A stretch of DNA of 64,000 bases from Octopus vulgaris (GCA_951406725.2 OX597832.1:23560001-23624000), one strand, 5' to 3'. Shown: positions 43,057 to 57,399, counted from the first letter of the stretch. Made by a program: numbers and translations. Notes: generated by a model from the letters alone, not told the origin.

Positions 43057-43288
43057 CCTATTTCTTTATTACCCACAAGGGGCTAAACACAGAGGGGACA
43101 AACAAGGACAGACATAGGTATTAAGTCGATTACATCGACCCCAGTGCGTAACTGGTACTTAATTTATCGACCCCGAAAGGGTGAAAGGCAAAGTCGACCT
43201 CGGCGGAATTTGAAATCAGAACGTAACGCAGACGAAATACCGCTTAGCATTTCGCCCAGCGTGCTAACGTTTCTGCCAGCTCGCCGCC
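43057..43288 (-). mobile_element. SINE family B, full unit
   Basis: Same as 26631-26858. Confidence 0.88.
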
Positions 43289-43495
43289 TTTAAAATATTT
43301 AAACCGACGCTCTGACTATTCTGTCAGTCACCACACTGAAGTATTTAAAACGGTTCGTTAGCTTGAAATAATGTACAGCTTGGAGACTGCAGCTTTGAGG
43401 TTAACTAGTGCTAGATAAATTATATGAAGACAAATTATTGTAAAGAGGTTTCCCTACGGCGTAAAATCAATCAGGAAATTACTACTGATTATTTT

Positions 43496-43737
43496 TTAGT
43501 TAGTTAGTTAGTTAGTTAATTTGGCTCAAAAGCAAATAGCAAGGCCATGTAGGGGGACATGGAGTTAAGTACAGGGTGGTGTTCATGTAAAGAGTTCAGG
43601 CCACTTGAGGTCCAGGGAGGCTTTGAACAAAGCGGTCGTCGGCATCTTCACCATCTCGTCTGGCAGCTTGTTCCACGGATCCGCAACCCGGACGGAGAAA
43701 GCTCCTCTCCTTCGATTGAGATGAAATCGTCGCAGGT
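43496..43737 (-). mobile_element. 5'-truncated CR1/L2-group LINE 3' end
   Basis: Minus strand LRRFHLNRRRGAFSVRVADPWNKLPDEMVKMPTTALFKASLDLKWPELFT* (FSxRVxxxWNxLP…FK…LD motif), short 3' UTR, (TAAC)n tail. Confidence 0.85.
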
Positions 43738-44857
43738 GAATGATATAGTGCAAGTATTAATATTTTGAAATTTAAAATGCTTTCATTTTCGTTAGATATT
43801 AAATTGAATAGAACAAACGATTGTAATTTTCAGAAATTTAGATGTATACAACAGATGACAGGATCTTTAATTAATTCATTCATTAATTAGCACATTTGAA
43901 TAGGTGTTAAATACATAATAGAGATGAGACAGGGATTGTCTGGTTTCGATTCTTATTTAATACCTCATCAGGCTCCGTTATTTCTTTCCCTCTCAAGAAA
44001 TTGAAAGAAAGCAGCAGAAATTGCTCACTGAAATACGAAGGAAAAAGGCGGCGAGCTGGCAGAACTGTTAGCATGCCTGTTCATATTTAAAATGGAAGGA
44101 TCTGGCTGTTATTTCTAGCAAGAAAAGCGAACTCGTAAAGGACTCTGATCAGCTCAATATAAATTATTGCTGCTGCTGTTATTGCTGTATTATTTAGTAC
44201 TAAATCAATCCAATCCATCCATACCCACCATGTCGTTTTGTATACTCATTGACCTATGTGACATTTCGTTTTTTTGGAAAGTTGGTAAGTGACAGTGATT
44301 TGGCTGCTATTTCTTGCAGAATGAGTGACCGCATAGAAGCTCTCGTATCCATCACGTATCAACTCTAATCGATTCTTTAGGCACAAAGCCAACGGTTTTG
44401 ATAGGAGGCAGAGTAGTGTCGATTTCATTAAGACGGGTATTAATTGATACTTTATTTATCGATTTAGCTGGGATGAAAAGCAATGTTGACGTCGGCGGGG
44501 TGGGCATCAATCTCAGAACGTAAAGAGCCGGATAAAACACCACAAAGTATTTTTGTTCATTTTTGTTCGACACTCTAAAGATTGTAGTTCCATCACTCTA
44601 AAATTAATTATTAAAATATTGGTTTCAATTTTTGGCACAATGCCAGGAATTTGGGAGGAAGGCGAAAGTCGATTACATCGACCCCAGTACTCAACTGGTA
44701 CCTGCTTTTTTGACCCCGAAAGGATGAAATGCAAAGTCGACCTTGGCAGAAGCTATTTTGATATTAAAATACTTTTTTCCTCCTGCTGATACAATACGAA
44801 GAAATTTTGCAACGTTTTGGCTACACATAGTTTTGTTGTTGTTGTTGTTGTTGCTGC

Positions 44858-44921
<64 letters not shown>

Positions 44922-44930
44922 GTTATTATT

Positions 44931-45485
44931 GAGTGAGAGAGCAATGCATGCCATCAAAGTGACACTGGGGTAAAACATACGAAGCCCAGTATACCCATCA
45001 TGACTACCCGTTGGATAAGGGTACACTAGGTACATGCATCACGACCATATGTGCGTGACATGGTGATCTCAAATCAAGATAAACAGCACATGACCTTGCA
45101 TGTGGGGCCCAGTTAGAATTTGCTTCATGTTGAGTAGCCCATCCCGCTCAAAAGGTCCCTGAATAAGGGTTGTTTAAGGATGTTGAACGAACCACCCGCG
45201 TATCCAGAGGTGAATTATTCAAACCTCCAAGAATTCCTTTCAACATATGGCTATAATGTTCCCCCATTACTTCTCCTCGTGATCAGAGATGTGCATATCG
45301 TCAGCCACTAAGGGGCATACTCAACTGGTTACGGTCAAACAACTGGCAAGTAAATCTGTGGTATTGAGCAGAATATTTACTGTAGCCCATCTTTTATACC
45401 AAGACAAAACAATGTTCATGATAACACGCCCAATCAGTTACGTTCAGAAGCCATGAGAGCCACTGCCTGGTACTGTATCAGGGCA
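44931..45485. mobile_element. 555-bp interspersed element within (TTA)n, copy 2 (family E)
   Basis: Same ends and same length as 426-980. Confidence 0.85.
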
Positions 45486-45503
45486 TTTATTATTATTATT
45501 ATT

Positions 45504-45560
<57 letters not shown>

Positions 45561-45574
45561 ATTTTTTATTATTA

Positions 45575-45780
45575 AGGCGGTGAGCTGGCAGAATTGTCAA
45601 GCAAGCCGGGTAAAATACTTAGCGGCACTTCGTCCGTCTTTATGTTCTAGGCTCAAATTCCGCCGAGGTCGACTTTGCCTTTTATCCTTTCAGGGTCGAT
45701 AAAATAAGTACTAGTTACGCACTGAGTTCGGTGTAATCGGCCTAGCTCCTTCCTGGCCTTGTGCCAAAATTTGAAACCAG
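45575..45780 (+). mobile_element. SINE family B, diverged
   Basis: GGCGGTGAGCTGGCAGAA head and core. Confidence 0.78.
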
Positions 45781-46529
45781 TATTGCTACTATTGTTGTCG
45801 TTGTTGTTGTTGTGATGGTGGTAGTGGTGGTGGTTGTTATTGTTGTTGTTGTTGTTGTTGCTGGTGCTGCTACTGCTGCTGTTGTTGTTGTTTGTTATTC
45901 TCTTCAAATGAAAACCGCAACGTAATTTATCGGAACCTGATTGAATGAAATTAATGGTTGTCTTTTTAGATATTATATCACGGTGATTATTCCAAATTCT
46001 ATAATATCTTCTTGAAAATAGTGCGGTATTGTCTTTCTTTCTTTTTTTACGAAATTACGAAACATAAAACGAGCAGCATTTATGATAAATTCAAAAGTAA
46101 TCTTCTCAGGAGAAAAGGATATAAATCTGCAGTAAATAACAGCTCCGATACCTTGATGTCCATTCATGAGACTCAGGAGATAATTCCGATGTGCATATCG
46201 CATGCACGTGTGATATATAAAAAAATTGCCACATTAATACGAAAGAAACATGAGCTTGTAATATTAGGAGGGTGGGATTTATGTTGCACGATGTAAAGAT
46301 GAGAGAAATGATAAGGAAACTAAATTATATAGTTGTCACAGAGAAGATAAAAGTTCAACTGATTTTTTCCTCTGCGAGAAGCAGGAATCAAAATTCAAAA
46401 CGTATCCGCAAATTTTTGTTACGTAAACAAGTATTCATTTTTCTTTACGGAGTATGAAAAATGGAGGGGAAAATTCGTTGTTAAATACAGCAGTTCCCCA
46501 TTTAAAGTTATCCAAGTTATTTTAAATAG

Positions 46530-46700
46530 TGTGATCGCAGAATACCGAAAGCTCAACTTCCGCTGAGCCGGACATGTGGTGAGGCTCACAACAACAGGTA
46601 GACCCGTGACGTTGCTGAGTGGAAGTCAAGAGATGAAAAACAGACAAGTAAGAAAGACTCAACGACAATAGAAAGACTATTTACTTAAACTATTTCAGCC
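46530..46700 (+). mobile_element. decayed RTE-like LINE 3' fragment
   Basis: VIAEYRKLNFR*AGHVVRLT… matches the K.RWAGHVAR motif of RTE ORFs. Confidence 0.55.
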
Positions 46701-47231
46701 AACAAGGAAAAGAAGAGTGCGATCAAAAAATAAAGCGGCGTAAAAATGTAAAATAGGTTTTTCCGTGGAAAGAAAAGCCTACGGAAAAGACCACGGTAAC
46801 CTCAGGCAGCGAAAGTAACACATAAGAGCAAAGCGCTCTCTCTCCCTCTCTCTATCTATCTATCTTTCTATCGCTATCTCTCTCTCTCTCTCTTTTGGGC
46901 TTTACAGGATCATGCTTAAAGTGGTTTCGTCATTCACCCGTACTATTTTATCTATATTCGCCCACCTTTTAGTGAAACTTTTCTGAGACAAAACTTCCCT
47001 CTCTATTCTCATCTTTTTTTTTCAAGTGGTACTTGAAAAAGTAGATGAGTGATTGGCCAGAGAGGTAAGCGTTTGTCTCTAATCCTTTCGCTCGAGTCCA
47101 CCACACACATTCTTTCACCACAGAAACCAGTACAATGAAAACTGCCTTGCCTTCCCGGTTAAAGGAAACTTAGATTCGATAGACTCGGCCGATAACCGAA
47201 TTCGTGACAGGAGCCAGATAGACAGATCGAC

Positions 47232-47308
<77 letters not shown>

Positions 47309-47319
47309 GATAGATAGAT

Positions 47320-47388
<69 letters not shown>

Positions 47389-47829
47389 TCTCAAGATATG
47401 TTTTGTGGGGACTCTGGGATGCATCAGCAATGTTTCGTTGACCTGTTGAACCAGCTGGGGGTTGATCTAGGTCCAGCTTGGATGCTAACATCAGTAAACT
47501 ACTGGTCAAACTTCTTTCTCCAAAGCCACAGAATTATCTTGCCTGCAGCCCTTCTCCTTGTGTACAGGTGTGCATATACGTGTGTTAGTGCATACGTGTC
47601 CATGTGCGTGTGAGTGTGTGTGTATACGTGTGTGAGTGTGTACATGTGTGTCAGTTTGTCGATGTGTTTTCACCTTCATGCACAGCTTCGGAGGCAGAGA
47701 CAGAAATATGATTAAACTAATTTTCATGTTTATTTTGCTGGTTAATTAAATTCTCTAACTTCGATTTTAAACCATTAATGCATAAAATTTTTAATTTTCA
47801 TTCTATAATTAACTTCAGTTAAAACAATT

Positions 47830-48030
47830 CGCCTCCGGGACTTATTGTTTTTTAAGCATAGTGTTCATTGTATCATCCCTTTTGATGAACCGCAAAGTTA
47901 CGCGGACTTAAACACACCAACACCGGTTATCAAGTGGTGTGGCGGGGAAGAAACACAGACACAAAGACACACACAGACACATAGATATATAAATATGCGT
48001 ATGTATATATATATATATACATACACACAT

Positions 48031-48064
<34 letters not shown>

Positions 48065-48079
48065 GTATGTATATGTATG

Positions 48080-48147
<68 letters not shown>

Positions 48148-48450
48148 AAGTTAATTCAAACAAGAAAGCACAAAAAAAACACAACAACGCGAGGACGTGG
48201 AACAAATATAGTATTATTGGACGCTCAGGGAAGAAGGAAAGAAGGAGGGTTTAACGTTTCGAGCGGAGCTATATATATATATATATACGACGGGCTTCTT
48301 TCGGTTTCTGTCTACCAAATCCACTCACAAGGGTTTGATCGGTCCGAGGCTATAACAGAAGACAGTAGCCGAAGGTGTCACACAGCGGAACTGAACCCGG
48401 TACCATGCGGTTGGGAAGCAAGCTTCTCACCACGCAGCCACACCTGTGCC
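47830..48450 (-). mobile_element. SINE family A interrupted in its internal (TA)n by a Penelope-like fragment (48143-48270)
   Basis: SINE halves at about 47830-47980 and about 48287-48450. The insert matches 61556-61600 and ends in half a hammerhead motif. Confidence 0.7.
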
Positions 48451-49629
48451 TATATTTGAGTTTGTTTTGTTTTTTTAAAGAATCATATATTTCGTGGTAT
48501 TGTGTAATTTTCTTAATGTCCTGTTTTCGAAATACTATGCATGAACAGGTTAGAAATCAAAGAAACGGTAATACAATGCAAAAAATATTTTGCATGTATA
48601 CGTGTGTGTGTGTATGTATATCTGTACAATCACTGAATACGTGTTTGTGTTTGTGAGAGTGGCTGTGTATCTCTCTCCGGTTGTGTGTATGTGTATTTGT
48701 CATTGTGTGTGTGTCTGTCTATGCTCGAGGTAATGATACACAAAAGAAAAAAATCAAAAATGAAAACATTTTTAAAATCTCAATTTTCCGCAGGAGAAGA
48801 ATGCTTTTTAGCATTGCTTTCATTTGTCTGGGAGGGGGCATAACTCATCGTAAAAGTTTCCACCTCCGGGAATCTTATCGGGGTTTTTTTTTGCTTCTCT
48901 TTTATCAATTTATGCTTTGTCTTTTTAGTAACGTGATGCCATTAATGAGGTTTAATAGGATGTATGTTAAAAGTTCACATTAGAGCCACAATTTGCATTT
49001 GTTATTGAACAAAAAATACGATTTAATTTCGTCGTTTTTGTGGGGGATATTTTTATTTTTGTTTTGCTTTGTTTTTTTTGTTTTGTTTCGTTTCGTTTTT
49101 TGGTCAAAGAATAATTGAATATATTGACAATATAATCAGATATTTAGAAATTTAGAAGAGATTTTTATTAATTTAAAGTTTAAAGCAAAAACATCAAACT
49201 TTAATGTAAATTTTGATAAAATGAGCACACTAGAAGGACAAGAGGTAATTCTCGAAACTAATTGAGACTACGATGTGGTTTCAATTTTGGCTAACGGAAG
49301 TTCGCTCGGTTCAGCCTTGGATCCGAACCTTACGCTCTAAAGAATGTATGAACACAACGTAAACACACAACTCACACATAACAAGACAGACACGCACAGA
49401 CATACAGACACTCACACTCACACACACACACACATACACACACACACACAGTATGTAAAACAAACTTTCGATTTATTTTCCCTTCCCCTAAAATAACGAA
49501 TATTAGGGAATAATAGAAAGGAAACCAATAAAAAGAAAAAGACCCGAGGTTTACAAAAACGCCAGTAATATAACTAAATGCATTAAAATACATAAATGAG
49601 TCCATCCAATTTCATTGTTGAAACCCTGC

Positions 49630-49795
49630 TGGGATGTTATGGGTTTTTAAGATCCCTATTATCCCAACTAATGAATCTATCTCTCATCTCTTGGATGGGT
49701 AGCTTGCTGTCAGACCACACCCAGGCGACATGAGTTGATGAATTTCTTTCCCACTCACCGTCAGTAAACTCTTGTGTTCCCCATGGCTCGGTTTG
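49630..49795 (+). mobile_element. reverse-transcriptase domain fragment (CR1/L2/Jockey-like)
   Basis: LISWMGSLLSDHTQAT*VDEFLSHSPSVNSCVPHGSV resembles W..SFLSDR.Q..V…S….VNSGVPQGSV. Confidence 0.7.
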
Positions 49796-49950
49796 AAGAG
49801 ATAGAGAAGTTGTGATTTCCATACCTTTCCGTGAACTATTGAACTGCTATTTGGATGGATTTGTCGCTTTTAGTTCTGTGATTAATTCTTGCACTGCGCC
49901 TTTGTTTACGTTTTGTAATAGGGAAGATTTGGATAGATTTAGTAAACATG

Positions 49951-50116
49951 GGCGCAGGAGTGGCTGTGTGGTGAGTAACTTATTAACCAACCACAGGGTT
50001 CTGGGTTCAGTCCCACTGCGTGGCATCTTGGGCAATTTGTCTTCTGCTATAGCCCCGGGCCGACCAATGCCTTGTGAGTGGATTTGGTAGACGGAAACTG
50101 AAAGAAGCCTGTCGTA

Positions 50117-50166
<50 letters not shown>

Positions 50167-50386
50167 TGTGTGTGTATATGTTTGTGTGTCTAGCATTGCT
50201 TGACAACCGATGCTGGTGTGTTTACGTCCCCGTCACTTAGCGGTTCGGCAAAAGAGACCGATAGAATAAGTACTGGGCTTACAAAAGAATAAGTCCCGGG
50301 GTCGATTTGCTCGACTAAAGGCGGTGCTCCAGCATGGCCGCAGTCAAATGACTGAAACAAGTAAAAGAGTTAAAAAGAGTAAAGAG
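49951..50386 (+). mobile_element. SINE family A, full copy
   Basis: GGCGCAGGAGTGGCTGTGTGG…GGGTTCAGTCCC head, internal (TA)n, GTAAAAGA-type tail. Confidence 0.9.
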
Positions 50387-50415
50387 TATGCAGTCAGTGA
50401 TCAACAAGTAAATAT

Positions 50416-50668
50416 AGGAAGGAAGGAAGGAAGGAAGGAAGGAAGGAAGGAAGGAAGGAAGGAAGGAAGGAAGGAAGGAAGGAAGGAAGGAAGGAAGGAA
50501 GGAAGGAAGGAAGGAAGGAAGGAAGGAAGGAAGGAAGGACAGAAGGAAGGAAGGAAGGAAAGAAGGAAGGAAGGAAGGAAGGAAGGAAGGAAGGAAGGAA
50601 GGAAGGAAGGAAGGAAGGAAGGAACGAACGAACGAACGAACGAACGAACGAACGAACGAACGAACGAA
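50416..50668. repeat. (GGAA)n-(CGAA)n microsatellite
   Basis: Directly visible. Confidence 0.95.
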
Positions 50669-51299
50669 TGGACGCAGAGATGATCATTTCTTCGAAGTTA
50701 TACTTTCGAAACAACTTTTTTCCAATGATCAAAACACGGAAGAGAAGTTTGTCAAACGCAAAGAAAATGGTTAACACGGTTGACGATTTTCATCAACATC
50801 ATAAAACGGTATGTAGAGCAAACGACGCATTGATGGGAAGGAAAAAAAGAACAATGGACTGAACTTAAAGATGTGTCTATGTATGTGTATAAGATGTATG
50901 TGTGTATAAGATGAACTTATGCGAGTGTGTATGTGTGTATACATGTTTGTGTATACATGTGTGTGCATACATGTGTGTGCATACATGTTTGTATGCATGT
51001 ATATATGTATGTATATATGTATGTATTATGTATGTATATACATATATATACATATATACATGCATATGTGTATATAGTATAAAAGTAAAATGCATTTTAC
51101 AGTGTTATCTTTACCTTTCTGTAGCTCTGTCAATCAGTGCATACACACACATATACACACATACACACACACACACATATATAGGTAGGTAGGTAAGTAG
51201 GTAGGTAGACAGATAGGTAGGTATGTAGGTAGGTATGCATGTATATATATATATATATATATAAAATACATATATATATATGTGTGTGTGTATGTTATG

Positions 51300-51333
<34 letters not shown>

Positions 51334-51438
51334 TATATATATACATATGTATTTTATATATATATATATACATGCATACCTACCTACTACCTACCTACCT
51401 ACTACCAACTATATATATATATATATATTGTGTGTGTG

Positions 51439-51489
<51 letters not shown>

Positions 51490-51867
51490 AGGAACAGACG
51501 GTTAGACAGACAGCTCGACAGATACCTAGCATTACACCAATGTAAAATGGATTGTAACTTTACATTAAAAGTATTTTCGTTGCTTGTAACTACTTTGTGT
51601 TTCTGACATCTAAATATAAGTATAGGAATTTTATTCTAAAAATTGCCTTATAGCAAGGGAAAACGAGTAAAAACACAAACAGTTGACATTTTATTTTTTT
51701 TCACTCGGGAACATGATTGACATATCGGAGAAGGTAACAGTCAGTGGATTGGACGCGAAGGCTTTTGAAGTAATGGCGAATTTACTGTTTATTCTTGTTG
51801 GGGCCTGAACAGGTAAGACAGGAAACCTAACTCAGTAGAAAATGAACATAGCACGTAGAAATAATGG

Positions 51868-51936
<69 letters not shown>

Positions 51937-52027
51937 CGGTGGTGCCCCAGCATGGCCGCGGCCTTCGGGCTAAAACATTTTTAAGGATTATATATATATA
52001 TATATATATATAAATTGTGTGTGTGTG

Positions 52028-52083
<56 letters not shown>

Positions 52084-52115
52084 TACATATATGTATGTAT
52101 GTATATATATATATA

Positions 52116-52148
<33 letters not shown>

Positions 52149-52197
52149 AATAAATAAATAAATGGAGTTGAACGAAGATGTTAACAAAATTCCTTTA

Positions 52198-52279
52198 CTC
52201 TCGACATATGTTTCGAAGACAACATGGTTTTATTCCAAAGGAATAAACGGTGAAAGATGCAATCTTCTCATCAGGAAAG
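52198..52279 (-). ncRNA. canonical type I hammerhead ribozyme motif in a probable Penelope-like remnant (about 52160-52375)
   Basis: Minus strand CTTTC-CTGATGA-GAAGA-[long loop containing hairpin TTTATTCC/GGAATAAA]-TCTTC-GAAAC-ATAT-GTC-GAGAG. All core nucleotides are present. Stem I 5 bp, stem II 5 bp starting G-C, palindromic stem III region ACATATGT, GUC triplet. Confidence 0.8.
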
Positions 52280-52494
52280 AAAGGGAGCCTCTCTCAACAA
52301 CAAGACAAAATAATAATTACGATGACTGCCTCCAGGGTAAACAAAACGTTAATAAGTGTTTAAAAAACTGTTGTTTATATATATATATATATATATATTA
52401 TACATATATATACATATATATAGATTATATATATATATCAGTGCGGCTGATGTGGGAGGGCTCACATTTATTTAGGGAACAATAGATTCAAGGC

Positions 52495-53090
52495 TTTATT
52501 GTGACATATTGCAGAAAACAATGTTGAAAAGCAGCAGGGAACTAGGAAAACATTCCGTGTTCCAATATGATAATGACCCTAAACACACTTCAAAGACGAC
52601 GACCAAGTTTTTATCAGATAAAAAGCTAAAGGCATTGCCTTGGCCTACCATGACACCTGAGTTAAACCCAATAGAACATATGGGGTGTTTCGAAAAAGAA
52701 GGTTGAAGAGAAAACAACCTGCAATATAACACGGTTGAAAGACATCATTCAGGATGAATGGAGATCGATTTCATCGGTTATATACTGAAATTTAGTCTAC
52801 TCTATGCCCAGAAGACTTAATACAGTTATTGAAAGCAAGGGTAGTCACACCAAATATTGAATATAGCAAATAATCCTTTAAGGTGTATATATTTTTTTGT
52901 TTTCGTTTGGAAATTAATATTTCGTTCATATCTTTGAAAATGTTTATTGTTTTCTGTTCCCAATTTGTATAATGTTTGCATCCATAATATATTTTATTCA
53001 GTATAAATTTCCTTTGATTTCCTTCAATATCAGAGTAATGGCAATTTTGCTGAAACATTTTAGGAGTATACATACTTCTGTGAGACAAAG
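52495..53090 (+). mobile_element. Tc1-family transposon, 3' fragment
   Basis: VFQYDNDPKHTSK…WPTMTPELNPIEH (DD34E region), then …LVYSMPRRLNTVIESKGSHTKY* (stop 52857-52859). Probable TIR ending at TA 53091. Confidence 0.85.
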
Positions 53091-53161
53091 TATATATATG
53101 TGTGTGTGTGTATGTAATATGTCTGTCTGTATGTATGTATGTATGTATGTATGTATGTATG

Positions 53162-53192
<31 letters not shown>

Positions 53193-53218
53193 GTAATGTA
53201 TGTATGTATGTATGCATG

Positions 53219-53252
<34 letters not shown>

Positions 53253-54316
53253 TGTATGTATGTATGTATGTATGTATATAAACTTGTAACTCCGTGTATA
53301 CAAAGCTATGTGTAAATATTGAGCTTAAAAATGTCTCTTTGATAGAAAAGTAGAAGGTTGTCCGTGGGACTTAAACATTTTTCGTCCAGTTCCACCCTCT
53401 CGTTTTTTAGCTTTATCTACTCCGAGTTCAACAGCTAAACACGAAGTATTCCACGTTTCTCCTTTTCTAAATTACTCAAATATATTGGAATTATTTCGGT
53501 TCCAATAAAACTCTGATGAAATTTCTTGTTCTTATCGTAAAAATTTTTAAAAAATACTTGATTTAGTGCCAAAGGAATAAAGAAATACAAGTGAATGCTA
53601 ACAGCAATTGGGAATTTTTTTAGAATTATTTAAAAGAAAAATTTTAAAATAGAGCTTGATGAGTGCCATAAAATATCCGGGGTATTGAAGGTTACGCAAC
53701 CATGCAAAATAAAATAATAATTGATCAACTTTTAAAGAAGAGAACTTTAGCTCTTCCTTCTTTTCTCCGTTTTCGAATCGTCTCATAAATAACCCATTAA
53801 CTCAAACTCGAAAATTAATAGAACTGGAATAAATTTAAATATTACCAAGAAGCTGTCCAACTGCAGATTGACTAAGAATGTAAATGCATTCTTTTTTATT
53901 AACGTGCTATTAACGTGCGGCAGAAAAGAGAAAGATAAAGTTTCTTGACCAACCATATCAGGGATTGCTAACCACTCCGCAGAGATGTTCTACACGGCTT
54001 TCTTTCCTAATCAACAGCATAGATTATTCAGCTGCTCTATAAACAGTCACAAATTAGGCTAGATAAGTAGTGGATAACCTAATTAAGCATATTCATGCTT
54101 TTGACGGCTCATCATCAATTAAACAAACTTTTGTTCTTTACTAGTTTTGAACACTGAAATGGGGCCATGCTGGAGCACCACACTTTAAAGGTTTTAGTTG
54201 AAGACATCAATGCCAGTACGTACTTTTCTAAGTTTGATACTTATTTTATCAGGCTCTTTTACTGAACTGTTAAGTTACGGATAAGTAAACAAACCAGCTA
54301 AAGTAAATTTAAATAT

Positions 54317-54711
54317 TGGTTTCGTATTATGGCACAAGGGCAGCAAGTCCGAGGGAGGAGGTAAGTCGATTGCATCGACCCCACTTTTCAACAGGTACTT
54401 ATTTTATTAACCTCAAAAAGGTGAAAGGCAAATCAACCTGAGCGGAATTTGAACTCAGAACGTAGCGGCAGACGAAATACCTATTTCTTTACTACCCACA
54501 AGGGGCTAAACATGGAGGGGACAAACAAGGACAGACATAGGTATTAAGTCGACTACATCGACCCCAGTGCGTTACTGGTACTTAATTTATCGACCCCGAA
54601 AGGATGAAAGGCAAAGTCGACCTCGGTGGAATTTGAACTCAGAACGTAACGGCAGACGAAATAACGCTAAGCATTTCGCCCGGCGTGCTAACGTTTCTGC
54701 CAGCTCGTCGC
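54317..54711 (-). mobile_element. SINE family B dimer
   Basis: Two core units in reverse orientation. Confidence 0.85.
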
Positions 54712-55907
54712 TTTAAAATAAATTTTAATATTACAAAACTTGATTGTGCGCTAAATAAGAATGAAAACAAAATCATTCTATGCTATTGATGAGGGGGGAA
54801 AACGAAGAAAAATATTTCCTAACGAACCGTTTCACAGTTTGTTCTCCACACTTCAGAGAATATATACCTGACGCCTTCCTTCACTAATCAATTATAAATA
54901 TCACCTGTTTAGAAAATGCTTTGTTTTTGTTTTTGTTTTCATTTTCCTCATCTCTTAAGTTCATTTATTTTATGCAAGTTATTTTTATTTCCCCCTATAA
55001 TGACAACCACGAATACTCAAATATTCTCACAATGTTTTTACATCAGATTGTTCCATTTATTTCTTTATCTAATCCTTAAACCCTGTTAACGATCTAATCC
55101 ACTATTAAGTATATATCTCTGTTTTAATCATAGTTTCAGCACTTCTTCCTAGATCTTTTTAGCTCTTTTCTTCTTCCATACACAGATCTAATTATTATTT
55201 CATTTCGCACGTATCTATCATCTCCAACAGTCCGAATATTTTATGGCCTTCATCTAGCGTTTTTTTATCTCTCTGAATAAATATACGATTCTGAACAACT
55301 ATTCCCAATAAATGTTAGCGTTCATTAAGATTTCTTTTATTTCTTAGCACTTAATCCATGGTTTTACGATAAGAATGGCGGGAAGGTTTGCCAGACCTTT
55401 TTTTTATAACCGAAATAACGTCCAAGTTGTTATATCCTAATAACCTTACGTTGCTCACATTTTCTAAATACATGAAACTTTATATTCATCCATCTTCTTT
55501 CTCCGCCCACTATTCCTGGCAAGGTCATGGAGTTAGAGTCCTCGGTCACCATTTCCATACGTTCCTCTCAGAAGCAACCGTCATTGCACTTTTCTAATGC
55601 ATGACCAACTGAGATTATGGATATTTTTCAGCGCCGTTTTATAGCATGGGTATAATAAGCAGTATCCCAGGGACCTCTCTAGCTAAGGGTCCCAATTTTG
55701 ATCTATGAATGCTGCAGTTTGCTGTTAATAAATAAACACTATAAAACCCAGAGCACTGACTTTTCCTGGGACTTGTAATGCTGCTGAAACGTCTCTGGAT
55801 ATCACCCAACCATTCTTGATCCACCCTTAGGTCTCCCACTTGTTCGATCTGCTTAAAGAATCTGTCTTGTGATGTTTTCCTGAAATATTCAAATCACATG
55901 CGCTTAA

Positions 55908-56074
55908 TACCTATTTCTTTACTACCCACAAGGGGCTAAACACAGAGAAGACAAACAAGGGGAGACAAATGGATTAAGTCGAATATATCAACCCCAGTGC
56001 GTAACTGGTACTTATTTAATCGACCTCGAAAGGATGAATGGCAAAGTCGACCTCGGCGGAATTTGAACTCAGAA
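55908..56074 (-). mobile_element. SINE family B, partial
   Basis: Core and tail, no head. Confidence 0.82.
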
Positions 56075-57345
56075 CCACGATTATGATACTGCTTCCACAA
56101 CGGCTACGCATATCAATCCATGTATTATGTTCATATCTTTCTTGTTTTTATTCTTACAGAAATCTACCTTAACACTTTTGGTGACACATTTCTCTTAAGC
56201 TATACAGACATTTCAGATAACTTTGAAAATATAAGAACTTAGAAATATCGCTGAGACAGGTTGTTTCGGAGATGAATGTGTGTGTAGAACAGAAGAGCGG
56301 AAATGACCGCGAAATATCAATATCAGTCACTCTCTTTTATTTCAGGGGCAATTTCCTTTCGATTTTCTTTACGGTATACTGTGTTCTTAAACACAATACG
56401 TTTTTTTATAAAAAGTTCCCCTAGATGAAGTGCCGCAGCTTCGCATCGTTTAATAACGCACATGATTTACGTATATCATTTTGACATTTAAGCTGCTTCG
56501 AGCGCAAATTCTAATTTTGTCATTATTAAAATAACGTTTGGAATATAAATTGACATGAAGTTTTTCTTGGGAGATTTTAATTTAGATCACTTTGAAGTGT
56601 TAATTTTAAATCAAAAACTCAAGTGCGGTCACAAGCGATTTGGTATCAAAGTGTTAATACATCACTGTCAACATCCACACATATTTTATTTTTCATCTTC
56701 TGTTATTACAATCCCCCCACCCACCTCCATTTTCATTACATTTCCTCATTAACACACTAATTATAATTTTCTTGAATTTTTAATAATCTTTCTTTATAAT
56801 TCCAGAAAACTTACGCTGCTTCCCTAATAACTAAATCGTTCTAATCTTGTGTGCTTCAATTTCCGCCATTGCTAAATACTTCCTGTTACATTTCTTTACC
56901 CGCTCCACATCAGACGTCAACGGAATCTTATTGGAACAGAACTACATTTTATCTTATTATACTCTAATGATCCAAAGCAATTAGCAAAAGCTAAATGTTT
57001 GTCTTACTTCTTTTCCATCTTAACTGCTTCTTCTAATATTATAATCTTATTATATTCTTTAATATCTCGACTTCATTTACTTGGATTTAGATTTTACGCA
57101 CAAACACTTCATCAGTTACTTCGATTTTGCCACTAAATAATATTTACCAATCTTTTTTATAATTGCTTCCACATATCGTGGTGTATTAACTTAAAATAAC
57201 GAGTCATTGGGGTTTTTTGATGTTATTTCATTCATGTTTTCTATGCATCTTTTTAAACTTAGATATAATATATTCTATCATGTTATATAATCCATATATT
57301 ACATAAAGAAAATAAACTACGATAGAATATTGTGTATGTATGTGT

Positions 57346-57399
<54 letters not shown>

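Noticed and set aside
43935-43976. Minus-strand CTGATGA…GAAACCAGAC hammerhead-like string
   Set aside because: Stem I does not pair, stem II is weak and there is no NUH triplet at the expected place.
55000-57200. Possible very old LINE RT remnants on minus strand
   Set aside because: Motifs are too decayed to support by eye; would need a translated HMM search.
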